NCBI GenBank assembly: GCA_964496765.1
Contig: CAZCAP010000002.1
Coordinates: forward strand, 66,376 to 98,375
Reading direction: 5' to 3'
Length of the DNA: 32,000 nt
Source of the DNA: an uncultured archaeon
Lineage (GTDB): Archaea; Iainarchaeota; Iainarchaeia; Iainarchaeales; CSSED10-239
Part shown: positions 30,357 to 32,000 of the stretch, piece after piece
Numbering within the stretch: position 1 is the stretch's first letter
Layout of the letters: every line of letters starts with the position of its first letter
Notes under the pieces: generated by a model
Database searches by the model: none
What the model was told of the DNA's origin: nothing
The model's input: the letters and a program-made list of their open reading frames with translations, nothing else
Translations under genes and position numbers: made by a program

Positions 30357-31694
30357 ATGTCTAATTATAAGCAAGAAAAATCAAGTTCTTTCTTTATTAA
30401 AAAGATAAATAATAAAGAAATTAAGGTACTTGCAAGCAAAACCCTATTTTCTAAGATCCCTTTTTCTGCATTTGAACAACTTGAATCTATTTCTTTGATT
30501 AAAGAAGTTGAAAGTCCAATTATTGCTCATCCAGATATTCAACCAGGATTTTCTGTTCCCATTGGAACTGTTTTTTTAAGTAATGCAAAAACAGGAATTA
30601 TTTCCCCATCAGCAATTGGGTTTGATATTAATTGTGGAATTAGATTAATTAAAACAAATTTATTTTTAAAAGATATTTCTAAAGAGCAACTTTTATCTCT
30701 TAAAAATGAACTAACTAAACTTCCTCTTGGTTTGTCTAAAAAAGGAATGAAGATAACTAGAAAGGATTTAGACAATATATTAAATAATGGAATTAATTGG
30801 TGTGTTTCTAAAAAAATGTGTTCAAAGGAGCACTCTAAAAGAATAGATATGGGGGGATGCTATGCAGGAGCAAGTTCTTCTTTTGTTTCCAAGGAAGCAA
30901 AGGAACTTGGGCTTCTTGAGCTTGGAACGCTAGGGGAAGGTAATCATTTTATTGATGTTCTTATTGTTTCTGATATTTGTAATAAGTCTCTTGCGACTAA
31001 ATATAAACTTAAGAAAAATCAAATAATAATTTTAATTCATAGTGGCTCTCGTGGTCTTGGGCACAGAGTAGCAACAGACTATAATAAGCTATGTGAAAAT
31101 AAACATCCTTTTACATATACTAAATTTAATTCTAAGATTGGACAAGATTATTTTAAAGCAATGAAGGCAGCAGGAAATTTTGCCTTTGTTAATAGAGAGA
31201 TTCTTTCAAAACAAATACAATATATATTTTCTGTTATATTTGTTGGACACTCAAAAGTGAAATTAGATCTCATTTATGATCTTTGCCATAACACTGCAAC
31301 TCTTGAAAAAATAAAAGGTAAAGATTATGTGGTTCATAGAAAAGGCGCAACCCTTTCAACAAAAGGGAACCCAATTATCTTACCAGGTTCAATGCTTGAC
31401 TATAGTTATTTATTATCTCCATCAACAGGCATGAAGCAAACACATAATACCTTTCCTCATGGATTAGGAAGAAGTTTATCAAGAAGCATAGCTAAAGAAA
31501 AAATAAATATTAAAGATTTAAGAAAATTAATGCTGGACAAGGGAGTTCTTCTTGGTGGAAGAAGTGAAGGAGTAATGAGAGAGGAACAACCAAATGCTTA
31601 CAAATCTTCAAAAGAGATTATTTCAATAATCGAAAAATCCAAACTTGCAAAAAAAATAGTTTCATTTAAACCAATAATTGTTTTAACAGGATAA
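30357..31694 (+). CDS. rtcB: RtcB-type 3'-phosphate/5'-OH RNA ligase
   Basis: 445 aa; SPSAIGFDINCGIRLI, GTLGEGNHFIDV, IHSGSRGLGH, HRKGAT, PGSMLDYSYLL. Confidence 0.93.
   Translation: MSNYKQEKSSSFFIKKINNKEIKVLASKTLFSKIPFSAFEQLESISLIKEVESPIIAHPDIQPGFSVPIGTVFLSNAKTGIISPSAIGFDINCGIRLIKTNLFLKDISKEQLLSLKNELTKLPLGLSKKGMKITRKDLDNILNNGINWCVSKKMCSKEHSKRIDMGGCYAGASSSFVSKEAKELGLLELGTLGEGNHFIDVLIVSDICNKSLATKYKLKKNQIIILIHSGSRGLGHRVATDYNKLCENKHPFTYTKFNSKIGQDYFKAMKAAGNFAFVNREILSKQIQYIFSVIFVGHSKVKLDLIYDLCHNTATLEKIKGKDYVVHRKGATLSTKGNPIILPGSMLDYSYLLSPSTGMKQTHNTFPHGLGRSLSRSIAKEKINIKDLRKLMLDKGVLLGGRSEGVMREEQPNAYKSSKEIISIIEKSKLAKKIVSFKPIIVLTG
31232..31249 (+). repeat. Dispersed 18-mer TGTTATATTTGTTGGACA, copy 4 (exact)
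   Basis: Inside rtcB, encoding part of SVIFVGHS. Confidence 0.9.
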
Positions 31695-31713
31695 AAAAGG
31701 GAAGTGATTAATT

Positions 31714-32000
31714 ATGGCCTATGGAGCAGGAATAAGTTTAATGGCAACATCTTCAGGAAAGTTTTTTGCAGAACTAATTTTACCACACCTAAACGAAAAC
31801 CTAATGATAAATGGAATGAAACCAATTAAGTTAACAGAAACACAGGAAACCAAATTTGAGAACACGGAGATTAAATCAAATATTCTTGAATCAATAAGAG
31901 GACATGATGTGTATATTGTTTGTGATGTTTCAAATAGATCTGGTGGTCTTTCAATAAATGATAATGTGGTTGCTCTCAAGACATTGGTTGCCTCTGCAAG
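31714..32000 (+). CDS. Ribose-phosphate pyrophosphokinase (PRPP synthetase) family, N-terminal part, truncated by the window edge
   Basis: MAYGAGISLMATSSGKFFAELILPHLNENL...TEIKSNILESIRGHDVYIVCDVSN...NDNVVALKTIVASA matches the ESVRG.DVyI....N..l..l...DA.krAsA pattern. Confidence 0.75.
   Translation, partial: MAYGAGISLMATSSGKFFAELILPHLNENLMINGMKPIKLTETQETKFENTEIKSNILESIRGHDVYIVCDVSNRSGGLSINDNVVALKTLVASA

Overview
AT-rich, gene-dense archaeal chromosomal window, probably from a DPANN or Woesearchaeota-like lineage (lineage is inferred only from gene content). From left to right it contains: a XerA-type tyrosine recombinase; an HD phosphohydrolase; a divergent B12/dNTP cluster (cob(I)alamin adenosyltransferase, adenosylcobalamin-dependent ribonucleotide reductase, dUTPase); a KaiC-like ATPase; an odd Cys-rich reading frame; CDC48; topoisomerase I; an Lrp/AsnC regulator; a MiaB-like methylthiotransferase; and the replication factor C small subunit. 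This is followed by a Tad/Epd-like type IV pilus cluster (ATPase, two TadB/TadC-like membrane proteins, six class III pilin-like proteins, an A24 prepilin peptidase) with coupled uncharacterised genes. The right part holds an SDR enzyme, a JAMM/MPN metalloprotease, grpE-dnaK-dnaJ, RtcB RNA ligase and the start of a PRPP synthetase. The most unusual signal is not a gene. An 18-bp word, TGTTATATTTGTTGGACA, occurs exactly four times plus once with a single mismatch. The copies lie in unrelated coding and intergenic contexts, in different reading phases, and always in the direction of local transcription. No CRISPR array, rRNA or tRNA was recognised.
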